DNA from: Octopus vulgaris
Taxonomy: Eukaryota
Assembly: GCA_951406725.2 (NCBI GenBank)
Contig: OX597825.1
Span: forward strand, 51,956,001-52,020,000
Length of the DNA: 64,000 nt
Reading direction: 5' to 3'
Shown here: in pieces, positions 13,666 through 28,983 of the stretch
Layout: the number at the start of each line of letters is the position of its first letter
How positions within the stretch are numbered: the stretch's first letter is position 1
The notes under the pieces: generated by a model
Told to the model about the DNA's origin: nothing
Seen by the model: only the letters and a program-made list of their open reading frames with translations
The model's database searches: none
Program-made: the position numbers and the translations under genes

Positions 13666-16239
13666 TTACCATATCCAGGTACTGAAGGTGTAAAAGATAA
13701 TATATACTCAAAAACTCAAAAGATTTTTGATAACAGTAGAAAAAAAAAAGAATAGTGTGGAGAGTCAACTTTTGAAGCACTCATACTATTTTCTTTGTGA
13801 ATCTTAATGTTCCAAGTTCATAATTTCAAGTTTTGCCTTTTCTGAGAATTGTTTCATGTGGTAATTCTCAGTCCAAAAACCCAGGCTCTACACATCAAGG
13901 TCAAATACATTAAGATCAATAATTTACAATTTTGTTTTAATAATATACCAACTCTACATGATCTTTGTTCTGACTTATGAACCTGCCACTGACAAATGAA
14001 ACAGATTAACTGTTTTTATGCATGCAGTTTGTAAACAAAGAAGGAAATAGAGCTAAAACACTGACCGGTGATACTTGGCCCTATCAACCTACATGTATCT
14101 TATACATATGGCTGCAGAAGCTCCTCAATTGAAAACTGACCAACAATCTAAGTTGAAGTTGTGTGTGAAACAATTAAAATGTTTACCCAGATCAGCATTC
14201 AAAGATGCCCGAATGGTTGAATCATTAAAGTGTTGGACAAATTTATTTTGCAATACTTGATCTGGTTCTTTATGTACTGAGTCCAGATCTTGCCCAGATC
14301 AACTTTCTCTTACAACATTCCTTGGTCAATAAAATAGAGTACCATTTAAGTAAGGATGCTCAATTTATCTAACTGTCAATCTGTCCCAATACACCAAGAT
14401 GGAACAATAAATCTGAAATACCAATTTCCCCAATGATCATGGTGCTCTGGCAACAGGTGAAGGAACAGCTGTTAAAGTAGATTGAATTTACATCAATGTT
14501 ATCAACATTTGATCACCTATATTACTTTCAACACAGCATACATACACATTCTTGTAGACATATATAATTCACACACATACATACATACATCGTGTATGAT
14601 TTATCCTACCATTCACTTACACAAATACATACTCACTCTAAAAGCAGACCCTGTTAAAAAGGATAGCACAAAAACGAGATTGCTCTTCTAGTCCATATCT
14701 ATGTCTAATGTAGCAATTACCACTAATCACAGTTTAAAGGTAGATTTATTTCACTGAGAAACAAATAAAGCCAATTTATGAAGTTAATTAAACAAATATT
14801 TGTAAATTAGCTTTATTTGACAACCAATATTTGCAGATAAAGATAAATTGGATAAGCTAATTCATGTTTATAGAGACAAATTAGATGGTCTATATTTACT
14901 AAGAATTATGTCTTTATTTTGACGGTTTGGTTCATGAAGATATTATTTTAAGAACGTGTTCTCTCTGTTGTAATGAGAAACTGAGTAAATAAAATTTCAC
15001 ATCTAGACGGTTGATCACTCTCACTCACCATCAATCTCTTTTTGATTGATTGCAGGACATTTTGCTTTTATCACTTTTTGTTTGTTTTTTATTTTTTTTA
15101 TGTTAACATATTTTCCCAAATTAATTTCCAATTGTAAATTTCATTAAATTTTCAAATTGTTGACACTTCGATATGTTTTAAAAATTCATTAATAAATTGA
15201 TGTGTTTCAGTAAAAAATTAAAATGAGTACAATAACAAGCATGTCAGACTACAGGTGTTTTAGAATAGTTAATGCCATGCCTGCTAACAGTAGTCGATGG
15301 TTCATACCTTAAAACTCTACATTGGGTTTGTGACCAATATATTTATTTTTAGGCCTGCACAGCCAGTCAATTTGTAAATAGATCCACAGGGGAATGGATG
15401 ATAAAACTGACAACACCCCGAGGAATCTTAAGAGTAACAGGCAATTAGACTGGCCTACATAAACCCTTGTACTTTTTGTTTGTATTAATTGAAAGTGATT
15501 AGCCGTGTCCATCTGTTCTTTCACTAGATGTACTTTTGTATACATACACAAGAGCAATTAAGGATATTGATAAACCTATTAGTGGAAAAAATTCAATATT
15601 ATTGATGCTTTGTATAAAATAGCTGAGGACTGGTTGAGATGAAAGTCTCTGCTACGAATGGGCTGGAACACACATATGGCAAAATTTATCAGTCCTTTCA
15701 CAGGTTTTCCACCATCAGGTCTATGTTGGGTTCAGAAAATTATTGTGTGACTGGTAAAGGATGCAGGTTTTGAAGATGACAGAATGGCTGAATAAAAACA
15801 AACAGAAAAGAGCTGATGTTCACAGAACAGGAATGAGCTTCAGTGGATTGCAAAAAATATGGCGACAGTGTTAGTACTTACAGAGGAAAATTTGAAAGAT
15901 AATGCTGATAAGTGTCCTAACTGTGAATGTGAGGCAAAAATTACAATTGCAAGAACTGCTGAAAATAAGATCAGTTCTTGCACGATACGCCAAACAATTT
16001 TTGGATGAGTTCTTCACAACTAAAGCAGATACTGATAATGTTGCTAATGATATATAAGCAATAACATAGTGCCACACTGTGGAATTGGTATTTACTGTGA
16101 TGAGACAATAAATACTGATGAAACTACTCAAAGGTACTCATTCCTGGTCCTAGAGATTGAACATGTTGCTTAATCACATATCTAGATTTCACTAAGACAC
16201 ATATTTATGTTTATCATACATACAAAAACACATACATGA

Positions 16240-16276
<37 letters not shown>

Positions 16277-16469
16277 TATGTACACACATTATGAATAACT
16301 GAGTGCATAAAACCACCTTATACACATATGTACATACATGTGTATGTGTATATGTATGTATGGATGTGCATATATATATTCACATATAATATATACATAT
16401 GGTACATGAAAATGTATGGCCCAATGATTTGTGTGTTGCAGTCATGATTGCAAGACTGTCTTTCATATT

Positions 16470-16830
16470 CACCGAGACATGATCCAAGAGGTGGTAATGG
16501 TGAACTGGTTCACCCTTACCACCTCTCAAGCTTGCTGAATCTTCTTGTCAGTGGTGGAGGTTGACAGGTGTCCTGCTTCCTCTTCATGCATTATGCTTGT
16601 CCAGTCACTTTTAAACTTCTCAATCCACTCAAACACATTTCTCTGTGGCAGTGCACTAGCCCTGTATTGTGATAAAAGCCGCCAGTGTATTTCAGCATCT
16701 GACACTTTTCAACCAGAGAAATCGTATCACTGGTCTTTGTTCTTCTATGGTACACATTGCTAGTGGAGTGGCCATGCTTACACTATAAAACCAGAAAGAA
16801 AAATAGCATGATCAGGTTCAAACTTCAATC
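16470..16830 (-). mobile_element. Mariner transposase N-terminal (HTH) relic
   Basis: Minus-strand translation MATPLAMCTIEEQRPVIRFLW..AEIHWRLLSQY..ALPQRNVFEWIEKFK, with a frameshift. Confidence 0.7.
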
Positions 16831-17180
16831 ACGTAACAACAATAACATCAACTATAAACGTGCATACACAGTAGGTAGTGTAACAATAATAAATATATGT
16901 TATGGTGAAAGTACGGATAATTTTTGACTTCCCCTCATACATATCTCCTCCACCTCCTCCCTCTCTACTATGTGCCTCTGATGTGTTTAAATTTGGTTGC
17001 TGCTTGTCTCTAATTTGTATTTCTTTCTCAGTTGACTGACAATGTATTTCCTTCATGTTGACCCTAATAGGTACATCCACTGATTCCATCTGTAGAATGG
17101 TATCATGTGTTGCTGAATACTGATACATATAAGCAATTTGAATAAAAGAGTACCAAGATATGCCCATGATCTTTTCTCAT

Positions 17181-17229
<49 letters not shown>

Positions 17230-17241
17230 TATTTATATAGA

Positions 17242-17279
<38 letters not shown>

Positions 17280-17324
17280 ATGTACATATATATAATTTAG
17301 ACAGAAAGAAAAAGAGATAGATAG

Positions 17325-17630
17325 GCATCTATCAGTCTCAAAAGACCATGGATCTGTGCCAAGAGAATTTTGTGTCAACTGCTGATGGTGATGTAGTGTC
17401 TGTTGTAGCTGCACAGATCCACATGGGGGTGGCAGTCTTGCATGCAGCAACTGCATTTGAAGATGCTCTCCACTGTTTCTACTGACATTTCCTTTCTTTG
17501 AGCCAGCTTTACTTCAAAGGCAAGTTTCAGTTTCTCTTCTCTTTGCCCCATCCCCTTGCATAATACTTGTCTCCAGTGTAGGTAGTTATTTGTGGACCTC
17601 CTCCCACTTCAGGATGTCCATGAATCTCAG
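17325..17630 (-). mobile_element. Old RTE (BovB-type) LINE 3' end
   Basis: FKCSCCMQDCHPHVDLCSYNRH resembles a decayed C-terminal C2H2-like motif; 3' end catggtcttttgagactgatagatgcc. Confidence 0.55.
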
Positions 17631-18548
17631 TCAGTTTCAATGATGAAGATTTAGTTTTCAATTAACTAAAACAACTACACATTGAATTTAATTAAGTAGG
17701 CTGGCATTCCACAGACACGTGCCTTAATGTAACTCCCATGTAGAATCAGCACAATACTTTCATGGAACAAGGCTGTACCTTTGAATCTCAACGAGAATTC
17801 TTTTACTGAGTTTCTGTAGAGAGTTTAACCATCCTTAGTTACTCACAAAGTATGGGTGCAACCAAGGCAATTGAAAATAGCATTTGCCCGAGGTGCCACA
17901 GAGTGAGATAGAACCTGGGATTTTGTGGTTGTGAAGCAAACTACTTTAGCATCCTGACATACTGGTTGCATGTGTGTGTGTGCAATTGATATACACATAA
18001 ATTTATAAGCATACACACACAGATATATGTGTATATGGATATATATATTTAAAGTATGGATATCCATGTGTATGTGTGTATATGCATGCAATGGTGATAT
18101 CTATAAAGTGTATGCAAGAATATGTTATATATTATTAAGGAGAAACTTGACTTCAAATTAAGAAGCAGCATGTCCCAATTTTAGACTTGTGTGAAACAAT
18201 TGCGATGGAATTAATAAAATATTCCCAAAGCTTAAACAATTATTCACGCTCATGATCTAACAAAATTAAACCTTACCATTCTTCCTTTCATTAATTCCCT
18301 CTCTTCTTCACTCACATCTCTTTCTTTATTAATAGTAGAGTGTTCTACTCCATGTGCTGATATTTCCATGGCAGATATTTTAAATCGTGCTGTACAGTAG
18401 GAATATGAAAATATGTATGGTGCCAGTGTAAACATAAGGTTTCTCTAATCTATTTAAACAGCTGGGGGGGGGGGGGGGTGACTGCTATTAATTGTCTGTG
18501 GTTAAATGAACTCATTGGAACATCAGAATGAGTCATGGCATGCAAATG

Positions 18549-18573
18549 ATTAATAATAATAGTAATGATAATG

Positions 18574-18632
<59 letters not shown>

Positions 18633-19320
18633 CCTTTCTTTATTAGCCACAAGGGTTGACAAAAATAAGATTGGACATTATGAAGCATGATGGACAAAGT
18701 GGGGTTAAAGTGTTGCGTAAAAAGTCAATAACAATGGAAAGTATAACAAAGAAAATGCCTAAACTCAGTGCTACACATGGAAACTCCATGTAAAATCCAT
18801 AAGCACCCTGACCGCTAGAGCAAAAGCATTCTCCCCATCTTTCTCTCTCTCTCTCAGCCTTGGAAACTGAAAAGCGTATGCTCAAAGTAGGCCTGTTAGC
18901 ATGGACCATCTTCGTCACATTCGAGCACCTTTCAAGAAATTTGGTGGAAGTCAGCACTTCTCTCTCAACCCCCACTTTCCTTTTCAGATGGTATCTGAAA
19001 AAGTTGATGAGGGGTAGGTCAAAGAGGAAAGTATCTGTCTTCAGCCCTTTCAGTCTAGACCACTACACAACCTCTTTCACTACGGCCATGAGACAGATGA
19101 AAATTGTTTCCTATTGCCAGCCAAAGGAAGGCGGTGGGACAATCCTCATGATGGAATCAGCCGACAAGTAGACATGTCTTATATGTGACAGTAGATGTTT
19201 GACATAAACCCATATATTAGATATGCTCGGGCACTGGACATGTGCATGCAGAAGGGTTTTGTCACTCTGCACACATCTCAAGCAGGTCCAACTGATGGCC
19301 TTCCATGCCTGTAGAGTTTA
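18549..19320 (-). mobile_element. Tx1/L1-like LINE 3' relic with (TTA)n tail
   Basis: SAESIMRIVPP-like segment and LINFFRYHLKRKV..EREVL..KFLERC..V C-terminal pattern; AATAAA followed by (TTA)n. Confidence 0.6.
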
Positions 19321-21147
19321 TCCAGGCTTTAAATTCTCTGTATGCATAACCTAAATATTTAACTGGATGTAGTTCAGTGTATTATTTATTCAACTACAGG
19401 TGGTGTTTACAAGTTAATTCGACCCAACCTGGTACCCTAGTGCCTACCATTCAAGTACCTGATTCTCTCCCGAATTCTTAATATTTCATATATATATATG
19501 TATGTGTGTACATACATACATGCATATTATTGGTTTATTTCACACTACTGGAAGAGCAGTTCGCAATGAATGTTGTAGAGGATAAGGATTTCATTCAGTC
19601 TGAAAGCTTGTCCCATGATCTGAGTTTCTTGCCACTCCAATCCCCAGGCAAGAACTGTTAAATGTCAGCATTGATGATTTATTCATATTCTTTCCCATGT
19701 GTATGTGGTCTAGCACTTGTTTATGTTCCATTTTTTGACTGAGTGTTGTTTCCCAGCTCTCTTCATTAGTTGTGTAGGTTAGTTTTTGTGCAAAATATGC
19801 TGTTTGTATTCCTTGTAACTGTAGGTGGAAGTGGAAGCTGGTGTTTGTGCTTGTTCATTGGATTGCATTTCACTTTTATTGATTGGATGCTGCATCACTG
19901 GCCTCTTCACTGGTTGTTTAGGTTAGTTTTGTGATGTGGTGGCTGTAATTGAAGATGGGACAGTGTGTTATTAATTTGTTTGTGATGTATTGGTGGTGGG
20001 ACATGTTTTTTAGCCTCTATGTGTGTATGTAAGGCAATAAATGTTGTTTTGATAAATGATTGTAAAAATTTTGATAAATGATTGTAAAAATAAGTCTCTA
20101 TTATGAGTAGCTATATCCATAATGAATGGTGCTTTCATGGTTGAATGAACCTGGAGATTTGCTTTGTGACTGCAAAACCTCTGCTTTTATGCATGTTAGC
20201 AACAAAATTTTATTTCCTTTCTTAGAAAAAGATATTTGTTCATTGAAGTATGTGTGGGTGCATGCATGCAAACAACCACATTGTGGCTGTTTGCATGTCT
20301 TGAGAATTTTGTATGTTAGAGATGCTTTTAAGGAAATATTTTCATGGGCGTGTGGTTAAGAAGCTCACTTTGTAATCGTGTTTTGGGTTCAGCCCCACTA
20401 TTCCATACCTGGGCAAGTGTCTTAGTCCCAGATTGACCAATGCCTTTAGGAATTCGTTAACAAAAACTGTGTAGAAGCACATTGTTTGTGTGTGTGTGTG
20501 TGTGCGTGCATGCGTGCGTGCGCGTGTGCATGTGTGCGTGTGTTTGTAACTGTCCCCACCAGACTTTCGGGGCCCATTCTCATATCAATTTCAATAAATG
20601 AAATTATGATTCCATTACCAACTAGCATAGAACAACAGAGGTCTTTTTATTCCCAAAATCAAGCCTTCGGAATCACTCAGCAATGAAAAAAATGTTTATT
20701 AGGAATTTATTTTTAATTACTTTTACAGTGAAGCACATTTGTAAACAAACTTTCAGTCACAATAATTAAAGTATGTACACACATACATACTCGTATGTTT
20801 GTACATATATACATATATATATCTATACATATATGTGGAGGCATGTGGCTTAGCTGCATGGGTGCTGCACTTACAATTGCTAGATCGTTGGTTCGATTCC
20901 TGGAACAAACAGCACATTGCATTCTTGAGCAAAACACTTCATTTTGCATGACTCCAGTCCTCTCAGCTGAAAACAGGTAATCTGTGGTGGGTAGCCTTCT
21001 GATCAGAGGGGAATGTTGGCCTGCTTGCCTAACCAGCAGGATGGCATCATTTCAGAGCTAAAATGATGGAAAGTGCATCGTAACCAGTAATGCACAGCAA
21101 CATCTGATAAACTGGTCAATCACGGGATATTTACACACACACACACA

Positions 21148-21190
<43 letters not shown>

Positions 21191-22494
21191 CAGTAAAGGA
21201 ACGACAAGGAAACAAGAAATCATGTTGTGAACTTCGTTATCTTACAGCTTTTACTGCTATTAGGTGCTACAGGAGCATTCTGATCTGTGTCACTGCTCTT
21301 TATAGCAGAAACACTTGTTAGCTAGTGAAGTTCATTGCATAATTTCCTGTTCCCTTGTCATTTATTTAATTTCCTGTTATACTCTGCATTTGACTATTGC
21401 TTAATGCTAAAGCATATGCATATTGCATTCCAGATTATTAGTATCACTGTGCCTAAGTGAAACACACACACACACAAACACACACATGGATGAATAAGGG
21501 CACAAAATGAATAGGAACATCCCTCTTCCAAAGATATGAAAAACCATCGCCAATAAAGAACTGAGTCACCTTTAACTCATTCCTCTTCTGCATACAAAGT
21601 TTTCCTAACTTGCATGTAAAACTCTTTTACCTGAAAAGCAAACATTCCTATATTTCCTAGGTATCTTTTAGTCATTTGTTAGCATTGTTTTTAACAAACC
21701 ATTTGGACACTTTAGTATTCCTTCTCTACCCTCCTCCACAAATAACACTTAGTTTATTTTGTTTCCTTTGAGATTTCTAGGGGTTTATGTAAACTGTCTG
21801 ATCAGAAAAATAAAACTCAAGAATTTTAGGTGTGTACATCTTTGTGAGGAACTTCCATCATTCACTTCTATTTTTGTCAGAGGTCATTTTTGTCTTGATT
21901 CTTTTTTACTGACATTAGTGGTCTCCTAATTTATCCAGTTTCCAACTTACTTTCCATTGCAGCAAAACATTGGGGTGGAATGGTTGCTCAGAGTCTCTGA
22001 ACAATATCCTGCAGGAGAAAGACTTCACATCTCACAGTTTTGCATTCATCAACTCATGTGTTTAGCAGAATTATCAATGAAAAAATGCAGCAATGTCTCT
22101 CTTGTTCCCAACTTTCTTCTCCAGTGTTAACACTTCTCAACTTAAACGATTGATAACTTGGTATGTTCTCAGTTTGCTTCCAGTTGTGTTAAGTGTCTTA
22201 CACAATAGAAGCCAACAAGCCTGAGTTTATTCATTAAAACTCATAGAGCAGACCATCCAAACCAAGCAGTTTGCAATCTCATGCTGCTCGATCATGACGA
22301 AGCTGCTGTTACTTTATTTTTTAAAGAAACTGCCAAATATTTCTGCAGAAGCTACAATAGGATCTAAAATTCAAAGTTTCCATTCCATTCTACTATTTGC
22401 CCTAAAAGAGTTAGGCAAAGTATTGCTGGGAAATTGAACACATCTAAATTGAATTTAACAGTACATATATTGGCTCGTGGGTTCACAGTTGCGA

Positions 22495-22730
22495 GTGTCA
22501 TGCAAAAGCACCAACATTGGTGCTGTGCAAAAGCATCTGTACCAGTGCCCTGTAAAAGCACCCATGCTGGTGCCATGTAAAAGCACCTGTGCTAGTACCA
22601 CATATAAACACCCATACTGGTACCACATACAAGCACTCATGCTGGTGCCATGTAAAAGCACCCAAACCAGTGAAAGAGCATTCTCACTGATGCTACATAA
22701 AGTCACCTATGCTAGCACTATGTAAACACT
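22495..22730. repeat. Degenerate ~26-bp tandem repeat (atgctggtgccatgtaaaagcac)
   Basis: About eight diverged units. The same motif occurs in the RTE 3' UTR and RTE-tailed repeats elsewhere in the window. Confidence 0.65.
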
Positions 22731-22843
22731 ATAAACTACACTTTATAAAGTGGTTGGCATTAGGAAGGGCATCCAGCTATGGAGACCAAGCCAAAGCAGA
22801 CAATTGGAATCTGGGAAGCTCTCTAGCCAACCCATGACAGAAT

Positions 22844-23060
22844 AAAGGTGGTGAGCAGGCAGAAACGTTAGCATGCCAAGTAAAATGCTTAGTGGTATTT
22901 CGTCTGTCTTTACATTCTGAGTTCAAATTCCACTGAGGTCAGCTTTGCTTTTCATCCTTTCGGGAATCGATAAATTAAGTACCAGTTGTGTACTGGGGTC
23001 GATCTAATCAACTGGCCCCCTCCCCACAAATTTCAGGCTTTGTGCCTAGAGTAGAAAAGA
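22844..23060 (+). mobile_element. tRNA-derived SINE, family B, nested in an RTE-tailed repeat
   Basis: aaggtggtgagcaggcagaa..gagttcaaattcc..tttcatcctttcggg..gataaattaagtaccag..gtgcctagagtagaaaaga. It splits ccaacccatgacag / atggaaaatggacattaaatgatgat. Confidence 0.8.
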
Positions 23061-24545
23061 ATGGAAAATGGACATTAAATGATGATGAGGATGATGATGA
23101 TGATGACAACAATAGATGTCATGGCTTGCCAAAAATTTGTTTGTGTTTTTGTAGCCATATTGTGATTCTGTCATTCCAGCTCAACAAATGCTTTCATTCC
23201 CTTATGTCTCAGTGTATCTGCAACTTTTGTGTTTCATGTCAATGTAAGGATCATGTACCATTCATACAGCTAACATGCCAATCCTGAAGAAACATTGCCG
23301 TCTTCTTCTAGTAGGTTGATGTACCATATTGTGGCTTTATTATTTTTTACTATGATTGATAAGCTGATCAATGACAGAAAGTATTCCAGTCATGATCCTT
23401 CATCCCTTTCCCAGTTAAAGTCCACATCAAGAAGCACATCATCCAGTGTGTGCTCTTTATGACTGCAGGGTACTTGCACTCATGCACAAACATAGACACA
23501 AATACATTCACATACATAGATTCAGAAGAAATAGAGTAAGAGGGAAGAGAGCGTGAGAGATAAATGAACAGTGATAGAAAAAATTAGTAGAAGGTGACAC
23601 CCATTAAGGGAAAGAGAAAAAAAAAGAGAGAGAGTACAACTTTTTGGACACATTGAGAAATTAGCATGAAATCTGAAAAACATTTTAAATGCTATTATGG
23701 GTTTGTTCACAGAGGGTGAGGTCAGATGATTGACATAAGTACACAAATTACTATAGCTCTTCTATGTGTATTTATGTATTTCTATATGCATCTACTTATC
23801 AGAATTTAAGCATACACATGTATGTATAGTTATATAAAATGTGTATGCACACACACACATAAGAATATGTGTGTATTGTTTGTAAAGAAGAATGTGACTT
23901 GTAGGTTCATATTAATAAATAACAAAATTTACTGCTCAGTTAAATTCACAATATTTTAAAGTTTATAAATAGTATGTAAATTTATGATCCCATGAGATCT
24001 TAAGTAAAAGAATTTATTAATATCTCCAGGATTTCACGCTCTTAGGAATTTAGTGTACACAAGTGTACACAAATAATATATCTCAGAGAAAAATTGTCAC
24101 GTCACAATATTTTTGCAGACAGAGACCATTAATAATTAATCGGAACATTGCACTTGTATGGTTTTGATTTTGCTGCTCCAAGATCAAAGAAGGATTTTAA
24201 ATAACTACAGCAAACTCCAAAACTGAACATTTCTTTGTTGTTATGCGATTATGCACTTCTGATATTTCTTACAGCAAATAGCTATATCCAGAATATGTGT
24301 TCATACTTCAGTCAAATGGAGTATTTAAGTGTGAACTATCTTGGCCAATTGTTGATAACATTGAAGTTTTCAAGAGTTTTATGGTTCTGGGAAGAAAGAT
24401 TAGCCTAGTTCAGTTTCTTTTTCATTTTCTCTTCTATTTATATCAATGTTTCACAAAAATCTTTTTCAATTTTAGTTAAAAATAATTTGGTCAAGAATAC
24501 TTTTGTTAAGTTGTAAGATAATGTTTTTATTACTATGTATATATA

Positions 24546-24935
24546 CTTTTACTCTTTTACTTGTTTCAATCATTTGACTGTGGCTATGCTGAAACACCGC
24601 CTTTAGTCGAGCAAATCAACCCCAGGACATATTCTTTGTAAGCCTAGTACTTATTCTATTGGTCTCTTTTCGCTGAACTGCTAAGTTACAGGGACGTAAA
24701 CACACCAGCATCGGTTGGGGGGGGGGACAAACACAGATGCACAAACATGCACACACACACATATATATATATGATGGGCTTCTTTCAGTTTCCATCTACC
24801 AAATCCACTCACAAGGCTTTGGTCAGCCAGAGGCTATAGTAGAAGACACTTGCCAAAGGTGCCATGCAGTGTGACTGACCCTGGAACCATGTGGTTGGCA
24901 AGCAAGCTACTTACCACACAGCCACTCCTATGCCT
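24546..24935 (-). mobile_element. SINE family A copy
   Basis: Reverse-complement match to 38158-38571 over its full length. Confidence 0.85.
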
Positions 24936-25392
24936 ATACATATGTATATATTTAGATGATAATAATGATGATGATGATGGTGATATATATAAATATATAT
25001 ATATCACCATCATCATCATCACCATTTAAAGTCTGTTTTCCATGCTGGCATGGGTTGACTGGCTTGATAGGAATTGGCAAGGCCAGGGACCACACCAGGT
25101 TCCATAGTTTGGTTTGCTTTCTGTGGCTAGATGGCCTTCCTGATGCCAAACACTCCACACAGTGTACTGCATACTGTTTACATGGTAACATTACCAGGGC
25201 TTTTACATGGTACCTTGGTTTTAGGATCTCAATTCTGTTGCAGTGAGTAAGTCTCCTCAAGTACAGCAATGTGCCACATATCTCAGTTCTTTGCCACCTC
25301 CTTTGTAAAGCTCAGCATTTTGTGATAGGCTTTCAGTACCTCTTCCTATGCTTTCCTGAGTCTACCTCTTCAACAACAGCCCTCCATTTTAA

Positions 25393-25436
<44 letters not shown>

Positions 25437-25481
25437 TTATACATATATATTGATGGATATATATATGTGTGTATATACATA

Positions 25482-25512
<31 letters not shown>

Positions 25513-25715
25513 TTTTTGTTGTTTTTAAAAAATGTCCAGTTCCTTTGGTTTGTGTCTATGTTTTCGTTTCTCCTTGTGTTCGACGTCCCTTTGGTGTCCT
25601 GTACTCATATATGCATGTATATGTACATGTAGAGGTAGGTACGTACATATATGTTTATATATATGCATATGTTTTATTTCATTTATTAATATATATATAT
25701 ATATATATATACACA

Positions 25716-26286
25716 CATCATCATCGTTTAACATCCGTTCTCCATGCTAGCATGGGTTGGACGGTTCGACCGGGGATCTGGGAAGCCAGAAGGCTGCACC
25801 AGGCTCCAGTCTTATCTGGCAATATTTCTACAGCTGGATGCCCTTCCTAACGCCAACCACTCTGTGAGTGTAGTGGGTGCTTTTTACGTGCCACCTGCAC
25901 AGGTGCCAGGCGAGGCTGGCAACGGCCACGGTTGGATTGGTGTATTTTACATGCCACCGGCATGGAAGCCAGTTGAGGCGGCGCTGGCATTGGCCACAAG
26001 TCGGATAGTGCTTTTTACGTACCACCAGACCAGGGATCCTGGCTGGTTCAATTCGATTTCAATTTCGATTTCGCTTGCCCCAACATGTCTTCGCAAGCAA
26101 AGGGGGTTGGCATGGGTGCCTGTCGTCGGATGAGGTTCTATATCGACTTCGCTTGCCTCAACAGGTCTTTGTGTCCAAGGGAGAAAAGGCATGCATAAGT
26201 GGGCTGGGCTCACTTGTCCTGCCTGGTCTTCTCATGTACAGCATATTTCCAAAGGTCTCGGTCGCTGGTCATTTCCTCAGTGAGGC

Positions 26287-26290
<4 letters not shown>
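25716..26290 (-). mobile_element. Short 5'-truncated copy of the same RTE LINE
   Basis: Matches the 3' UTR and last codons of the 56484-59268 element; flanked by (TA)n. Confidence 0.9.
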
Positions 26291-26343
<53 letters not shown>

Positions 26344-26840
26344 TTATTGATTACATCATCTTAAGAGTTGATTGCCATCTCAGTTAATTTACATTACACC
26401 AATACCATTACATCCAAGTACTCTGAGATGACTCACCAGACCAGTTGTTAACCTAAAAGGATTCAAGCATATGTGATAAATACAATTGAAAACATCTAGA
26501 AGGTTTATTATAGCTTATTTTTGGTATGGTAATCTTATGTTAAAAGATGTTGAAATTCTTCTGGTTAGCTAAAATTTCATTGTGCCCTTTGTTAGTGGTG
26601 ACAAAATTTCATTCACTGACAGAATTTTTATGCCTTTTAGCATTTCTTGTCTACACGAAATTAGTATGGTATTATAAACAACACATCCAAGTTAGGTTGA
26701 ATGCGATGATTTTTTATATATATATATAGATATGTGTGTATGTGTGTGTGTAAATATATATACAAACACACATCTCTATATGTATGTGTGTATGTGTATA
26801 AGTACATATACAAGTATATGTGTGCGTATATATGTATGTA

Positions 26841-26895
<55 letters not shown>

Positions 26896-27817
26896 AGTAT
26901 GTGTTTGTATATTTATATATATGTATAAGTGTGTGTATGTAGGTATATATATATATGTGCATGTGAATGTATGTATTTGTTTGTTTGTGTGTGTGTGCAC
27001 GCATGAGAGCTAAAAACAGACAAATGTGCCTCCAGAACACGGATATAGCTGTATTTATTTAATAACAAGTTGACTCAGTTCTACATTACTCACAATTTGA
27101 AGATGCAGATGCACATCTAAATCTTCAAATGTGCATTCATGAATACAACAATAAATTAGTTGTTTACAATATTTTTTCTCTTTTATTATCGAACAACAAA
27201 AAAGATCTAGAAAAATCGTACCATTATTATGAATCAATAGTAAATTTCCCAGCTCATGTTTTGAGAATATATATTAAATATAGAATCCAAACATGAAAGA
27301 TTCTAGCTATTAATTTGCAACAATTTTCATACATGTGCCCATGTAAAATGCACATTGATATGTCAATTAGATATTTCATGTTATAGAAATGTTATGGAAA
27401 CAATGTACATAGATATTTTCATGTTTCTGTGTCAATGGAATACTTGGCATAGTAACGTTAAAGACATGCAAGCAATCAAGGGCCACTGCTATAGTCAGTT
27501 AAACACACAAATTTGCTGATGGAAATTCATTCAAGGGTCTGTTCAAATGGAACTTATCTACTACAGAGAGTGATACTGTTGGCAAGAGGGAATATTGGAA
27601 GATACCAGTTGACCAAAAAGAAGAGAATAAGTTTTTCCTATTTCTATAGGAAAATTATCCTCATAGGCTATAGTTCTCTGATTGGTTACAAAAATGCATA
27701 TGACAAGTTGCACTAAACTATTGCCCTTCAGAATAGCATCTCTTTCTTTCTCATTGTGTGTGTATAAGTGTGTGTGTGTATAAGTGTGTGCATGTATATA
27801 AGTGTGTGTGTCTGTGT

Positions 27818-27908
27818 ATGTATGCATGTATGTATGTATGTATGTATGTATGTATGCATGCATGTATGTATGTATGTATGTATGTATGTATGTATGTATG
27901 TATGTATG

Positions 27909-27939
<31 letters not shown>

Positions 27940-28076
27940 GTATGTATGTATGCATGTATGCATGTATGTATGTATGTATGCATGCATGCATGTATGTATG
28001 TAAGTAAGTAAGTAAGTAAGTATGTATGTATGTATGTATGTATGTATGTATGTATGTATGTATGTATGTATGTATG
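27818..28076. repeat. (TATG)n compound microsatellite
   Basis: Directly visible. Similar tracts at 28909-29005, 31173-31240 and 63806-63861. Confidence 0.95.
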
Positions 28077-28079
28077 TGT

Positions 28080-28905
28080 GCAGATTTATATGCTTTGCTT
28101 TATGTATGTATTCTTAGGCATATAGTTGCATATCTAGACATGCTCTTATATATATATGATAAACTTCTGGAAAGTTTTACAGAGTTTTACAGTTCCGGTG
28201 ATGGATTGGATCTGTAGTTTTCGAATTAGCTTTCGCCTTTCTGGTTTTGAGAAGCCTAATCTCTTGAAACTGGTATTTAGTCAGTGTGTTCCATATCACA
28301 GAGCCCCAATAATTACAGGTATAAACCTGAACTTGTAATCTGGATAGAGTAACTGCAGATTTCTCAGTAGTTCAATATAGGCATTCTTCAGCTTTATGTT
28401 AACATCCACTGGGCAGCTAATTTCCACAACAGTGCACAGTTTCTCTTCTCTATCCCAAATCATTATATCAGGTCTATTGTGTTTACATTTTATTGAGGTC
28501 TTTACTGGTACATTCCACTAGTAGTCCTTTTTGTTATGAGCAGCTATGGCTTCTACCTTACTATGGGATCTTATTTCTTTGTCCTCGGGGTTATTCTTCC
28601 AATGGATTTCATTATAGAGTGTCATAGCTACAGTCTCATGTCTCAACGGTAGATTATACCGTAATGACATTTTTAGACAGCTGCTAATGATGTGGGTGAT
28701 ATCTTCAGTGTTAACTCCACAGAGTTTGCATCAGTTGTCACATTTTACTGCTTTTCCTGCATCTCTTTATCATTTTGTACATCAGGATGATATTTCCTGT
28801 TCCTGGATTGCAAACACATACCCTTCAAAGTGGGAAGTAGTAATCTGACTATTGGTCCATGATAAACTGCTTTGATGATTGATGTTACTATCATCTTGGA
28901 GCTTT
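28080..28905 (-). mobile_element. R4/Dong-like non-LTR element 3' fragment (CCHC knuckle plus restriction-like endonuclease) within (TATG)n
   Basis: EGYVFAIQEQEI, CKLCGVNTEDITHIISSC, RHETVA, HNRPDIMIWD, VEISCP, IPVIIGAL; (TATG)n tracts on both sides. Confidence 0.8.
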
Positions 28906-28949
28906 TTACTATGTATGTATGTATGTATGTATGTATGTATGTATTTATG

Positions 28950-28983
<34 letters not shown>

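Noticed and set aside
15200-16130. Possible pogo/Tigger-like transposase relic
   Set aside because: Only faint motif resemblance and no TIRs found; too decayed to call by eye.
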